This document shows, one piece after another, positions 11,737-21,668 of a DNA stretch of 64,000 nt. Position numbers and translations under genes: made by a program. Below the pieces are notes generated by a model, which saw only the letters and a program-made list of their open reading frames with translations, was not told the DNA's origin and made no database searches. Position 1 is the first letter of the stretch. The number at the start of each line of letters is the position of its first letter. The stretch is from an uncultured Phycisphaerales bacterium (GTDB lineage: Bacteria > Planctomycetota > Phycisphaerae > Tepidisphaerales > Tepidisphaeraceae): positions 3,008,001 through 3,072,000 of the forward strand of contig CAVWLP010000002.1 in NCBI GenBank assembly GCA_963755915.1. Direction: 5' to 3'.

Positions 11737-12057
11737 TCAGGGAGATAGTTTAGCCGTGCTCTTTCCGGCGAGCTCGACACCGGCCTTCGAAAGGATTTCT
11801 GCTACTTCACGGGCGTTCTTCAAAATGACTCTGTTCTCATCAGTATCGGTAAGCCCAAAATTCTCAGGCTTCGCCCCCACAGCAACTAAACAGTGCTTTA
11901 ATAGCACCTGTTCCTGATGTCCTACACCGAAGATAGCCAATTCGTTGCTCTTTTGCGAAAACTGGATTTGACCGCCGTAATAGTTCAATACCTCGATCGC
12001 AGTATTCACCGAGATTTTGCCACCACGCAACTTGCTCTTCCCGCCCCAGCCTGACAA
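11737..12057 (-). CDS. Hypothetical protein (low-GC cargo)
   Basis: 106-aa ORF, TTG start preceded by GAGG. Confidence 0.55.
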   Translation of the reverse strand: MSGWGGKSKLRGGKISVNTAIEVLNYYGGQIQFSQKSNELAIFGVGHQEQVLLKHCLVAVGAKPENFGLTDTDENRVILKNAREVAEILSKAGVELAGKSTAKLSP

Positions 12058-12394
12058 TCAATCCTCAAATGCAATCAATATACCGTGCTTAGCAACTATA
12101 AAACTACACGTGGTGAATGTAAAGACAAATCGATTTCCACAAATAAGTTAAATACCGGCCCAAATCAGTAATCCGCGCTTGCGTCAAAGATTTGAAGTAT
12201 TCTGGTCACTAGGCTTGGGTGGCCAAATACCTTCGATACTTCCCGTGTCTTGGTGACCACGGTGCGTTAGAAGGAGTTTGAGGCTGTGTGCCTCTCATCT
12301 GGCAAGTATGTGAGACGCCGCCGTCGCCAGCGTTTTGGGCGCGCTCGGCGGCGGAGTTTCGATAGACCTTTTAAGTATAAGAAAGAGGAACCAC

Positions 12395-12560
12395 TTAACA
12401 CTTTGATTTATATAAACCGCGACGGACAGTTTTTGTCCGAAAACGGACAATTTGTGGTTTTCGACGGCCAAAAAACCGTTGCAATATTGGCCAAATAGTG
12501 ACAGGGTGCTGGTAGTTCCTGACCAAAAAAGCGGGGGTAAGATGGCCGAAAACGGACAAA
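12395..12560. other. Putative plasmid replication origin (AT-rich stretch plus short repeats)
   Basis: TTTGATTTATATAAA, palindrome CGGACAGTTTTTGTCCG, and repeated CCGAAAACGGACAA / GGCCAAA just upstream of rep. Confidence 0.45.
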
Positions 12561-13162
12561 CATCGCGAGCGGAAACGAATCAGGTCGCCACGAAACGTGG
12601 GCTTCCGGTTTACCGCGTCAATCCCAGCATCCCGCCGTCGAATGGCTTGGCAACGCGACAGAAGCGTTTTGAAGTGCCAGGCGGCAAAGCTGCCGTCATC
12701 GTGGACAACGGCACCGGCGAAATCAAAGGCATCGGCGGCATGGGTTTCTGGTGGCAAGAGGAAGTGGATGCCAGCCGGTTCGTGAAACTGTTTCTGGATG
12801 GCATCAAGCAAGCCTGCGGGCTTTCCAAATCCGGCATGGCGGTCTTTGAATTGGTGTACCACCAAATCAGGGAAAATCCCGGCAATGACAAGATCGAACT
12901 GAGCCAATACATGGCACAGGATCGCGGCCTGAATGAACGAACCTTCCGCCGGGGCCTGCGGGAATTGCTCGAAAAGGAATTCTTGTACCGCAGCACCAGC
13001 GACGGCGTTTTCTTCATCAACATCCGGTTCATGTTCAACGGCGACCGGCTCGCGTTCGTGCGGACGTACCATTTGAAAGGTGCGAGCCGCCAACAGGAAT
13101 TGCCGCTTGGCGATGCCCCCGCGTTGCCCGGTCCAACCGTGCGCGAGCCGACGGGCGACTGA
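12542..13162 (+). CDS. Plasmid replication protein, RepL-like
   Basis: EEVDASRFVKLF...TFRRGLRELLEKEFL...FFINIRFMFNGDR pattern typical of RepL-type HTH initiators. Confidence 0.75.
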   Translation: MAENGQTSRAETNQVATKRGLPVYRVNPSIPPSNGLATRQKRFEVPGGKAAVIVDNGTGEIKGIGGMGFWWQEEVDASRFVKLFLDGIKQACGLSKSGMAVFELVYHQIRENPGNDKIELSQYMAQDRGLNERTFRRGLRELLEKEFLYRSTSDGVFFINIRFMFNGDRLAFVRTYHLKGASRQQELPLGDAPALPGPTVREPTGD

Positions 13163-13206
13163 ACGCTACGTCGTCGCAATTGATTTGCGCGTTACAATTC
13201 CACCCG

Positions 13207-13781
13207 ATGAAACGTTTCCGTCGAGGGCTATTCAACGGGGTGGCCGGGATCTCGCTGGTCCTTTCTCTCGCCGGGGCGGCATATGGGCACGCAGTTACAG
13301 TTACGCCGAAGACCTCATCTATTACGGACACTCCGGGGGCGTCGCCATGCACGACGCGAAAGGCCGACTCGCGTTCGTATTCGAAAATGTGATGTCGATG
13401 AGCCCGCATTTTGAGTATTACTCTTCGACGCCCGTTCGCGGACTCGATTACGCGGACCCCCGGAGGACCCCTACGCTGTGGAACCGTCTGGGCTTCTACA
13501 TCGTTCGATTCACCAGAGCGCGCGATATCCAGAAGATGACTCCTCCACCGGGCATGAGTTGGCCGCCGGTGGTTCGGTACACCGACGTCGTCGTCCCCTT
13601 CTGGCTCGTGCTTCTGGTGCTGGCATTGCTGCCTTTCTGGAACTTCGTGCTGCCTATTCTCCGGGGCGCCCGCCTCCAGCCGGGCTATTGCGCGAAATGC
13701 GGCTACGATCTTCGCGCCACGCCCGACCGTTGCCCAGAGTGCGGGACAATCCCGCCGAAAAAGGAAATCATTTCAAGCTAA
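13207..13781 (+). CDS. Membrane protein with C-terminal zinc ribbon (frameshift near 13275)
   Basis: MKRFRRGLFNGVAGISLVLSL N-terminus, TM helix VPFWLVLLVLALLPFW, CAKCGYDLRATPDRCPECG. Confidence 0.7.
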
Positions 13782-13819
13782 ACGAATCGCCGCAATTGCG
13801 GAAAATCGGAAAATCGCAT

Positions 13820-14053
13820 TTACGACGGCGTTCCGCCGGGCGGGAATCGTTTTTCCAGCAAGTCGCGGACGACATCCGCCATGATGAGGTTTTCAATCGC
13901 ACACTGGCTCTTGATTCGCTTATGCAGGCCCAGCGGCACGTCGATGGTAAGCCGCTTCATTGGCTGGCCCGCATTCTTGTCGTTAATCCATTCATCCGGC
14001 GATAGTCGTGCGGGCGATCCGGCGGGTTTGGAGCGAAAGGCAACTTTCTTCAT
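13820..14053 (-). CDS. ParG-like ribbon-helix-helix partition protein
   Basis: 77 aa, KRLTIDVPLGLHKRIKSQCA...MADVVRDLLE; overlaps the parA stop. Confidence 0.8.
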   Translation of the reverse strand: MKKVAFRSKPAGSPARLSPDEWINDKNAGQPMKRLTIDVPLGLHKRIKSQCAIENLIMADVVRDLLEKRFPPGGTPS

Positions 14054-14679
14054 GCCCCAAACTCCAAAACTTCGTTTACGAGCGCGGTTAACTCATCCCC
14101 TGCCTGGCTGTCGGGTGATGTCTCGAAAACGCTCTGGCCATGCCCTGCCGACTCGGCAAATGCCACTCGCTGGCAGATTGCGGATTTCAACACCGGCACC
14201 GGGTATTCAGCCAACGCGTCCACCACGTCGCGGCCCAACGCCGTATTTACGATTTTACGATTAATTACAAATGCCGATTTCAGGCCGGGCTTGAATACCA
14301 TCGCCTCCTGCAACAGGTCCACGATTTCCTTCGCGGCCCACACGTCGTAAGGCGACGGCTGCACAGGAATCAATACAACATCGCTGGCCATGATGGCCGA
14401 CCGGGCGACTTCGTACACCCGTGGCGGACCATCGATCAGAACATGCTCATAGCCCTGGGCCAACGCGGGCAATTCCTTGTGGATGGATGACCGGGGCAAT
14501 CCAGCCACGGGAAACAGCGGATCGCTATTTCGTGACGCCGCCCAATCGAGTGCCGAACCTTGCGGGTCGGCATCGACCAGCAACACCTTTTTCTTGCGTC
14601 GGGCCAGTGCATCGGCGATGTGAACGGCCAGCGTCGTTTTGCCGACGCCGCCCTTCTGATTCAGTAGTCCGATGATCAT
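14050..14679 (-). CDS. parA: ParA (ParF-type, type Ib) partition ATPase
   Basis: MIIGLLNQKGGVGKTT, DADPQGS, IDGPP, PVQPSPYD. Confidence 0.93.
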   Translation of the reverse strand: MIIGLLNQKGGVGKTTLAVHIADALARRKKKVLLVDADPQGSALDWAASRNSDPLFPVAGLPRSSIHKELPALAQGYEHVLIDGPPRVYEVARSAIMASDVVLIPVQPSPYDVWAAKEIVDLLQEAMVFKPGLKSAFVINRKIVNTALGRDVVDALAEYPVPVLKSAICQRVAFAESAGHGQSVFETSPDSQAGDELTALVNEVLEFGA

Positions 14680-14689
14680 ATTTTCACCG

Positions 14690-14781
14690 TGAAATTCGCG
14701 ATTGGGCGGAATTGCGATTTCACGGTTATCACGAATTGCGGAAGTGCGCAAATACAGAATTGCAGATTTACGATTTACAGG
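14690..14781. promoter_or_regulatory. Putative centromere/operator repeats upstream of parA
   Basis: GAATTGC occurs three times and GATTTAC twice; related CAATTGCGGAAAATCGGAAAATCG lies downstream of parG (13790-13818). Confidence 0.45.
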
Positions 14782-15036
14782 AGTTTCCCGGGGAAATTCC
14801 TCCTTAGCAGTGCTAAGGGAAGATGTCTGTGGGTACTCAAGAATTTTCCACTCATTATGTCTAAACGGGGCCATGGGTTCCGAAGGGCATCTCGAATCGG
14901 TGCGAATCCGCCACAAATCGGTTGCCGACACATGAAATAATCCGCTCTTTCAAGCCAATAGATGGTAGGTGGCTGGCGTGCATCGGCACACCTCTGGTTT
15001 AACGATTTGTAAAGCAATCTTGGGGTAAACTGGCAG

Positions 15037-17673
15037 ATGCTTCGCATCATTCAAAGCAATTCCGCTGCCGGGGCCATGAGCTATTACAGCACGGCGGACT
15101 ATTACAGCGAGGGCCAAGAGCTACTCGGCCAATGGCGCGGGCAGGGTGCCGAACGGCTTGGCCTGACCGGCGGCATCGACAAGGCGGCGTGGGACGCCCT
15201 GTGCGATAACCGCGACCCGGCAACGGGGCTGCCTCTTACGGCCCGCCGCAATCAGGATCGTACCGTCGGCTATGATTTCAATTTCCACGTCCCCAAGAGC
15301 GTGTCTGTGCTCTACGGTCTGACACGGGATGATCGCATCCTCGATGCATTCCAAGCGTCCGTCGATGAGACGATGCGGGATATCGAGCGCGATATGAAAA
15401 CCCGCGTGCGGGTGAACGGTAAGAACGAAGAACGCACGACCGGCAATATGGGCTGGGGCGAGTTCACGCATTTCACGTCGCGGCCCGTGGACGGCGTACC
15501 TGATCCCCACCTCCACGCCCATTGCTTCGTTTTCAATGCGACGTTCGACGAAAGCGAAGATCGTTGGAAGGCGGGTCAGTTCCGGGAACTCAAGCGTGAC
15601 GCTCCTTTCTTTGAGGCCGCGTTTCATTCTCGGTTCGCCCGGCGAATGGAGGAATTGGGCCTTGAGGTCGAGCGAACGAAAGCCGGATGGGAGTTGGCCG
15701 ATATGCCCAAATCAGTCCTCAAAACCTTTTCCCGCCGAACGGCCCAGATTGAGCAAACGGCGAAAGAGGCGGGCATTACAAATCCGGCGGATAAAGATTC
15801 CCTCGGTGCCCGGACGCGGGAAAGCAAAAAGAAGGATATGCCGTTTTCGGAACTACAGGCCGAATGGCGGTCCCGGTTGCCCGTCGAGGATCAGGACGCC
15901 ATTAACCGCGTTGCGGCAAGCATCGGTGGTCCGGCATTGCCGGAAGATCCCACGCTCGGCAAAGAGGCGGTGACGTTCGCCGCCAATCACTGGTTCGAGC
16001 GCAATTCGGTCGTACCGGAGCGAACGGTGTTGGCAAAGGCACTGAAGCACGGGGTAGGGAAGGCGAGTTTGCAATCGGTGGAGTCCGCCTTTCGGAAACA
16101 CGATCTGGTCTTCGGCGAGCGGGATGGCCGGAAATTGGTTACGTCCAATGACGTGCTGATGGAAGAATCGCGGATGCTGAAATTTGCCCGCGATGGACGG
16201 GGCACGTGTCCACGGCTATACGACGGGCCGCATTCCTTCAACGATGCCAAGCTCAACGCCGGGCAATGTCGGGCGGTTGAGCATGTGCTGAATTCCTCCG
16301 ACCGGGTCATCATCGTCAACGGCGCTGCCGGCGTCGGCAAAACCACAATGATGCGTGAAGCGGTGGCCGGTATCGAAATCGGCGGCAGCAAAGTTTTCAC
16401 CTTCGCCCCTTCTGCCGACGCCAGTCGCGGGGTGCTCGCCCAAGAGGGATTTGAGAATGCCGACACGGTTGCCCGGCTCCTCGTCGATGAGAAATTGCAG
16501 CAACAAATCAGGGATCAAGTTATCTGGATCGATGAGGCCGGTCTGATTGGAACCAAAACTATGGGCCGGGTATTCGACTTGGCCGACAAACTGGATGCCC
16601 GTGTAATCCTCTCCGGCGACCGCAGGCAACATGGATCGGTGGAACATGGTGCGGCACTGCGTTTGCTCGAAACTGAGGCCGGGTGCCTTCCCGCTGAAAT
16701 CAGGGACATTCAACGGCAAAAAGGGGAATACAAACAGGCCGTGCAATCGCTTAGCGATGGCCGCACCGAAAAGGGATTCCAGCAACTCGACCATTTGGGC
16801 TGGATTAAAGAGGTTCCCGAAGGCGAACGGTACAAGGCCCTGGCCGATGAATACGTTGCGACCGTCGCCGCCGGGAAATCAGCTCTGGTTGTCAGCCCTA
16901 CGCATTCTGAAGGCGAGCGGATTACGGGTCACATCCGCGAATCGCTCAAAGATTTGGGACGGGTGAATACGGATGAACGCGAGGTTTCGATTCTGGAAAG
17001 ATCGAACCTGACGCAAGCGGAGCGTGGCGACGCGGTGAATTACGCTCCCGGCGACGTGCTGGTGTTTCAGCAGAACGGCAAGGGATACCGCAAGGGCGAG
17101 CGAATCGTAGCCGGAGAGGGTGCGTTGCCGCTCGATCAGGCAAGCAAATTTCAGAAGTATCGCACCCGAAAGATCGCAATTGCTGAGGGTGATCTCCTCC
17201 GCGTCACGCAAAATGGGAAAACCGCCGATGGCAAGCACCGGCTCAATAACGGCGCGCAATATGTGGTGGAGGGATTCACCCGCCAAGGCGACATCCGGCT
17301 CAACAATGGGTGGACCATCGACAAAAACTTCGGGCATCTGGATTATGGGTACGTCGTCACGAGCCATGTGAGCCAGGGCAAGACGGTGGATCGCGTTTTC
17401 ATCGGGCAATCGTCCGAATCGTTCCCCGCGTCATCGCGGGAGCAATTCTACGTGTCCGTCTCGCGTGCCCGGCAGCAGGCGACGATTTACACCGATGACA
17501 AGGAATCGCTGCTCGATGCGGTGAGCCGTTCCGATGATAGGATAACGGCGACGGAATTCGTCATGGATCGGGGCTATCATGCACGCGGGATGCACATTCA
17601 GCGGATCGCGGCGATGACGCCCGCACGGGATGAACGCACGCCAACACGCGAGGGGATCGAATATGACAGATAA
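15037..17673 (+). CDS. MobF (TrwC-like) relaxase-helicase
   Basis: YYSTADYY, GYDFNFHVPKSVS, HFTSR..DPHLHAH, GAAGVGKTT, IDEAG, HVSQGKTVD. Confidence 0.95.
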   Translation: MLRIIQSNSAAGAMSYYSTADYYSEGQELLGQWRGQGAERLGLTGGIDKAAWDALCDNRDPATGLPLTARRNQDRTVGYDFNFHVPKSVSVLYGLTRDDRILDAFQASVDETMRDIERDMKTRVRVNGKNEERTTGNMGWGEFTHFTSRPVDGVPDPHLHAHCFVFNATFDESEDRWKAGQFRELKRDAPFFEAAFHSRFARRMEELGLEVERTKAGWELADMPKSVLKTFSRRTAQIEQTAKEAGITNPADKDSLGARTRESKKKDMPFSELQAEWRSRLPVEDQDAINRVAASIGGPALPEDPTLGKEAVTFAANHWFERNSVVPERTVLAKALKHGVGKASLQSVESAFRKHDLVFGERDGRKLVTSNDVLMEESRMLKFARDGRGTCPRLYDGPHSFNDAKLNAGQCRAVEHVLNSSDRVIIVNGAAGVGKTTMMREAVAGIEIGGSKVFTFAPSADASRGVLAQEGFENADTVARLLVDEKLQQQIRDQVIWIDEAGLIGTKTMGRVFDLADKLDARVILSGDRRQHGSVEHGAALRLLETEAGCLPAEIRDIQRQKGEYKQAVQSLSDGRTEKGFQQLDHLGWIKEVPEGERYKALADEYVATVAAGKSALVVSPTHSEGERITGHIRESLKDLGRVNTDEREVSILERSNLTQAERGDAVNYAPGDVLVFQQNGKGYRKGERIVAGEGALPLDQASKFQKYRTRKIAIAEGDLLRVTQNGKTADGKHRLNNGAQYVVEGFTRQGDIRLNNGWTIDKNFGHLDYGYVVTSHVSQGKTVDRVFIGQSSESFPASSREQFYVSVSRARQQATIYTDDKESLLDAVSRSDDRITATEFVMDRGYHARGMHIQRIAAMTPARDERTPTREGIEYDR

Positions 17674-18076
17674 GTTTCTGCATCATCGCCCCGGGCGTGT
17701 GCTTGACGACAGATTTGATTCGGGCCCGTCAGCGGATTCCGGCGGTGTCGATGATTTTCATTCGTTTGGCTGGCTACGCGGTATTCGCGAGCGGGCCACA
17801 ATGCTCGAGCTGCGGAAGAAATCGGGCGATGTCCTGGCCATTGGCTATAGCTGGATTGAGTGTGTGGAATTCAATCCAACCCAAGGGATTACGTTGCACG
17901 TTCATGGCGACAAGATTCACATCAAAGGCCGCAATCTGAACGCCGAAGTCCGGCCCGAAGTTCGACTGTTTCAAGGAATCGCCCGTCACCGCGTGGCATG
18001 GGTGCAGGAAGCGGACAGGCCGCGAAACCTGACGGGGGACAAGCAACTGACGATTATTGACCAAATCGCCTGGTGA
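17663..18076 (+). CDS. Hypothetical protein coupled to the relaxase
   Basis: ATG overlaps the relaxase end; GAGGGG upstream. Confidence 0.65.
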   Translation: MTDKFLHHRPGRVLDDRFDSGPSADSGGVDDFHSFGWLRGIRERATMLELRKKSGDVLAIGYSWIECVEFNPTQGITLHVHGDKIHIKGRNLNAEVRPEVRLFQGIARHRVAWVQEADRPRNLTGDKQLTIIDQIAW

Positions 18077-18160
18077 CGCTTGATCAAGCCTCAGCCAAAT
18101 CTTGTCGATGCCAATAAATGATAAGAGTTCCGCGTTCGTGGTTATCAACCGGATTTAGAA

Positions 18161-18670
18161 ATGTGGTTACCCAAGGACGAACGGCGTTTGCTTGCCGGTT
18201 ACTTCAAGATAATTGGCGAAATTGATAAGGAACGCATTTATCGCGAATCTGATCTAATTCCTCTACTGTGGTGGCGACAAAAGATTGAATCCATCAAGAC
18301 ATATCGAGAATCAGTAGGCAGGTCGGATGGTTCGGCCAGCATGGAAAATATGACGGCGTTCAAGCGCGAGGTCAAACAGCTACTCGCCGATATGGCACGG
18401 ATAAAGAGAGCCAACAAGTTGTTGGTCGCCCGGAAGATGGTGGCGATTCGACCACATGCCCACGAGCAGAATGTCATCCTAATTTCATTGACCGTTAAGG
18501 GATTCGACTTTGGAAGGCGATATGGCAATTGACTAGATTCAACGGGACTTTGGTTTGCCTATTACAAGAATCACTGGATTTGGCTAATTGTGGCTGCCGT
18601 CGCGGGCGGCATTATTCCGAAATTAATTGATCGTATCGGAGCGATTATTGCCGCCTTGCACCGACCGTAG
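18161..18670 (+). CDS. Hypothetical membrane-anchored protein with an internal TGA at 18530-18532
   Basis: 123-aa ORF; the frame stays open after TGA (LDSTGLWFAYYKNHWIWLIVAAVAGGII...) to TAG 18670. Confidence 0.5.
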
Positions 18671-19297
18671 CTAGACCCCGTGTCCATGAATGAGCCGCCG
18701 CACAGAAGTTCTCCCAATACCGAGCCGTTTGGCGATCTGGCTCTTGCTGATTCCCGAAAGAAACAGCTTGTTTGCCTCATCCGCAAGTGCTGTCACTGTC
18801 GCGGGTCTTCCGTGCGGCTTCCCGTTCTTCCTGGCCTCTGCGATTCCGGCTTTGACGCGATCCCGCAGGATGTCACGCTCGTATTGTGCAAACACTGCCA
18901 GCATCCCGGCCATTGCCTGGCCGCTCGGTGTCGTGAAATCCAACGAATCGTTCGGCGAAACAAAATTGACGCCCACTGCGTGCAATTCCTTCAATGTCGT
19001 CACAAGGTCGAGCAACGAACGGCCCCAGCGATCCAGCTTCCAGACCAGGACGATATCAATCTCCCGTCGCATTGCAGCGTGCAGCACTTCATTCCTTGCC
19101 GGACGATCTTTCGCCCCGGACCCGACTTCCTCAATCTGCATGGCGACAGTCCAGCCCCGTCGCTCGGCGTATTCCCGCATCGCCGAAATTTGCAGCGGCA
19201 ATGTCTGCTGGTCGTGGGTCGAAACACGTGCGTACAACCCGACGCGTAAACGGTCGCCTGCCCCCTGGCCAAAAACCTCCCCCCGATTTTCGGTCAT
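18671..19297 (-). CDS. Serine resolvase/invertase with C-terminal HTH
   Basis: YARVST, VWKLDRWGRS, GRP, IAKRLGIGRTSVRR. Confidence 0.93.
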   Translation of the reverse strand: MTENRGEVFGQGAGDRLRVGLYARVSTHDQQTLPLQISAMREYAERRGWTVAMQIEEVGSGAKDRPARNEVLHAAMRREIDIVLVWKLDRWGRSLLDLVTTLKELHAVGVNFVSPNDSLDFTTPSGQAMAGMLAVFAQYERDILRDRVKAGIAEARKNGKPHGRPATVTALADEANKLFLSGISKSQIAKRLGIGRTSVRRLIHGHGV

Positions 19298-19416
19298 GCC
19301 CCCTCGATAATTCAACTGCTTGCAGAAAACCCTTTACACCGGCCAAAAACTATAGTTTATGGTCAGGTCAGGACGTATCACGATTCAGCAAAAGGGACAA
19401 GAGAAATTCTCGCCGC

Positions 19417-19857
19417 ATGGAAAACCTGCTCACGATTGCACTGGAAGCCCATAACAATGATCTCAATCATCACCGCCGCTATGAAATTACCGTCGGTCGG
19501 GATTTGCTGGACGATTGGACGCTGAGCATCCGCTACGGTCGCGTCGGCGGCGGATATCAAACGCAAAAGTTTTCCGGGAAAGACAAGCATCAAATCCGTG
19601 CTATCATTCGGGAACGGTTACGGCGTAGGCGATCCGCCCCAAAACGGATTGGATGTGCATACCGGGTAACGACATTCGACGCTGTTGCGGAATTCGACAC
19701 ATCCGCATGGTTGCCGAATGATTCGATTGTCTTTCTTCCTGACCCACCATTTTCCCTGACCCCGATGGTGGACAAAATTGCTTTCAGCGGAGCGAAGCGG
19801 GGTCAAGGTGGAACCGTCGGAGAAGAGGCTCCATGTACTCATGGAGTAGCACCTTGA
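19417..19857 (+). CDS. WGR-domain protein
   Basis: RRYEITVGRDLLDDWTLSIRYGRVG. Confidence 0.75.
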   Translation: MENLLTIALEAHNNDLNHHRRYEITVGRDLLDDWTLSIRYGRVGGGYQTQKFSGKDKHQIRAIIRERLRRRRSAPKRIGCAYRVTTFDAVAEFDTSAWLPNDSIVFLPDPPFSLTPMVDKIAFSGAKRGQGGTVGEEAPCTHGVAP

Positions 19858-19969
19858 GGCCGATTCGTGGAGCGTACAATGTCGGAATTGGGGGCAGGGA
19901 AAGCTTGCCCTAGAAATCGCTCCTCCCTCAGAAATAATTGCTCTACGCTTTTAATCAACTTCTGCTGGA

Positions 19970-20422
19970 TCACTTACGCGGGTCGAACGGAACCGGCCTA
20001 CCACATTTTTCACAGAAGCGTGATTCGGGGTGAAAATTGAATGGAAACGCGTGAACCATGGTGGAGTTTTCAGTCAGGACCGCCATGACTCCACTGCATG
20101 TTGATGCAAACACACCATTGTTGTACTGCATTCCTGTTGTGCTACCCGCGAAAAGGATAAGGTTCTTGCGTCCCCAGTCGTCAATTTCAAGACATCCAGA
20201 CGCCATTGCTGACACCATGTGATGTTGATAGCTGTTCCAAGTCGAATTAAGGAATACCGAGTTGATCGAATAAATCTCAGTTGGGACGGTATGTTTTACA
20301 TATTTTTCCAACTGGTAGTCGTAGGGATATTTGCCTCCTGCATTGGCCTCAAGCGTTGAAGAATCGACGGGCACTATGAGACCTGAATTCCGTGCGCATT
20401 CATGGCAATAATATTTAGACAT
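19970..20422 (-). CDS. Hypothetical protein with terminal CxxC pairs (low-GC cargo)
   Basis: 150 aa, CHEC at the N-terminus and CEKC at the C-terminus. Confidence 0.7.
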   Translation of the reverse strand: MSKYYCHECARNSGLIVPVDSSTLEANAGGKYPYDYQLEKYVKHTVPTEIYSINSVFLNSTWNSYQHHMVSAMASGCLEIDDWGRKNLILFAGSTTGMQYNNGVFASTCSGVMAVLTENSTMVHAFPFNFHPESRFCEKCGRPVPFDPRK

Positions 20423-20520
20423 GGCGAAGGTGGTTTTGTAACACGCCGCCGCTAACAGGCTGCCCGTGCAGTTATCCGAGCACCTAACTCTATCGGCTGG
20501 ACCGCAAAAATAGCAAATAC

Positions 20521-20859
20521 TTACGGCATTTCTTCCCGAAGTTTGTTTTGCCAGTCCTGGGCGGTATGGAAGACGTGCAGGATATGGACCTCTTTATCGT
20601 CGAAATTGTAGACGGCCACATGGCCATGCCCGCTGGTCCTCCGCCTGATGACGACATAACGCAAATCGGGCCGTGTGCTGACTTTCTTGCCCCTGGCATA
20701 GCTGCTGGCCAGACCGGCGATGCTTTCCTTTAGATACCGGAGATAAGCATCGGCATGGGGGACGCCGTAACGTCCAGCGTTCCATCGCCAAACATCGTCG
20801 AGTTCATCAATCGCCGTCGGGGAGCGAATGACCGTCAGCGGGGATTGTTCCGAAGCCAT
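20521..20859 (-). CDS. Type II toxin, RelE/ParE family
   Basis: SPTAIDELDDVWRW...HVAVY...VHILHVFHTAQDW. Confidence 0.8.
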   Translation of the reverse strand: MASEQSPLTVIRSPTAIDELDDVWRWNAGRYGVPHADAYLRYLKESIAGLASSYARGKKVSTRPDLRYVVIRRRTSGHGHVAVYNFDDKEVHILHVFHTAQDWQNKLREEMP

Positions 20860-21113
20860 TCCGCCCTACGTTTCGCAAGTTCCGCGTCCGCTTGGTCTGC
20901 CGTATAGAAATTCCCGGCTTTGATTTCCGCTTCCGCCTTGTCAATGTGGGCAAGCCGTTCGGGCGTGAAAAGATGGTCGAGGTTTTCGGTTCCCTCGTGA
21001 AGATCATAGCTCAAAACGTCGGCGATGTATTCGTCAACGGTCGAGAACCCGGCTTCCGTCGCCCGGCGTTGGACCTCTTTGTAAAGATGATCGTTGAGTT
21101 GGACTTGTTGCAT
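20835..21113 (-). CDS. Putative antitoxin (RHH/ParD-like)
   Basis: Acidic small ORF upstream of and overlapping the toxin; EAGFSTVDEYIADVL. Confidence 0.7.
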   Translation of the reverse strand: MQQVQLNDHLYKEVQRRATEAGFSTVDEYIADVLSYDLHEGTENLDHLFTPERLAHIDKAEAEIKAGNFYTADQADAELAKRRAEWLRNNPR

Positions 21114-21417
21114 AGGCAATCTTTCTGAACGGCTGTCCGACATTATAACGGCATTTGAGGCCGATTGTCATTGAGAAATTGGCCCCTGGCATTGCAGGAT
21201 TCGACCCGAACAGGCACACGCCGCGTTGCGGCGGCCGGAGATTTGCCGGTCTATTCAGGTCGCTTGAAGATTTTTGGTGAAAGATTTCGGCCCTTTGACG
21301 CAAATAGTCTTAGGGTGTGTTCTGCGGCCACGGGCAGCGTCCGACCCCATTGTACAGTCAATGGAAATAAGGCCGCGCGCTCCCGCGCGGTCGGTGTCGA
21401 ACAACGGAGATTTCACG

Positions 21418-21648
21418 ATGCAGATTCAAACAATCCAAACGCAAACGGAAAATCCTCCCGCTTTGCTGACTCTGGCGATGATCCGGCGATATTATGTTCC
21501 GATTGCTTCCCGCACCCTGTTCCGGCTGATTTCGTCGGGGCGATTCCCCAAGGCGGATATCGGCATCGGCGGGAAGCTGCGGCTATGGAAGCGTGAAACG
21601 GTTGAAGCGTGGATCGCGTCCAACGCGGTGCGGGTGGGCGTAGAATAG
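21418..21648 (+). CDS. Excisionase/AlpA-like HTH protein
   Basis: ASRTLFRLISSGRFPK...GGKLRLWKRETVEAWI; directly upstream of int. Confidence 0.8.
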   Translation: MQIQTIQTQTENPPALLTLAMIRRYYVPIASRTLFRLISSGRFPKADIGIGGKLRLWKRETVEAWIASNAVRVGVE

Positions 21649-21668
21649 CGTGAAAGCGATGGTGCTTT

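Noticed and set aside
14800-15036. Precise oriT nick site
   Set aside because: The position upstream of the relaxase is plausible, but I could not identify a convincing inverted repeat plus nic sequence.
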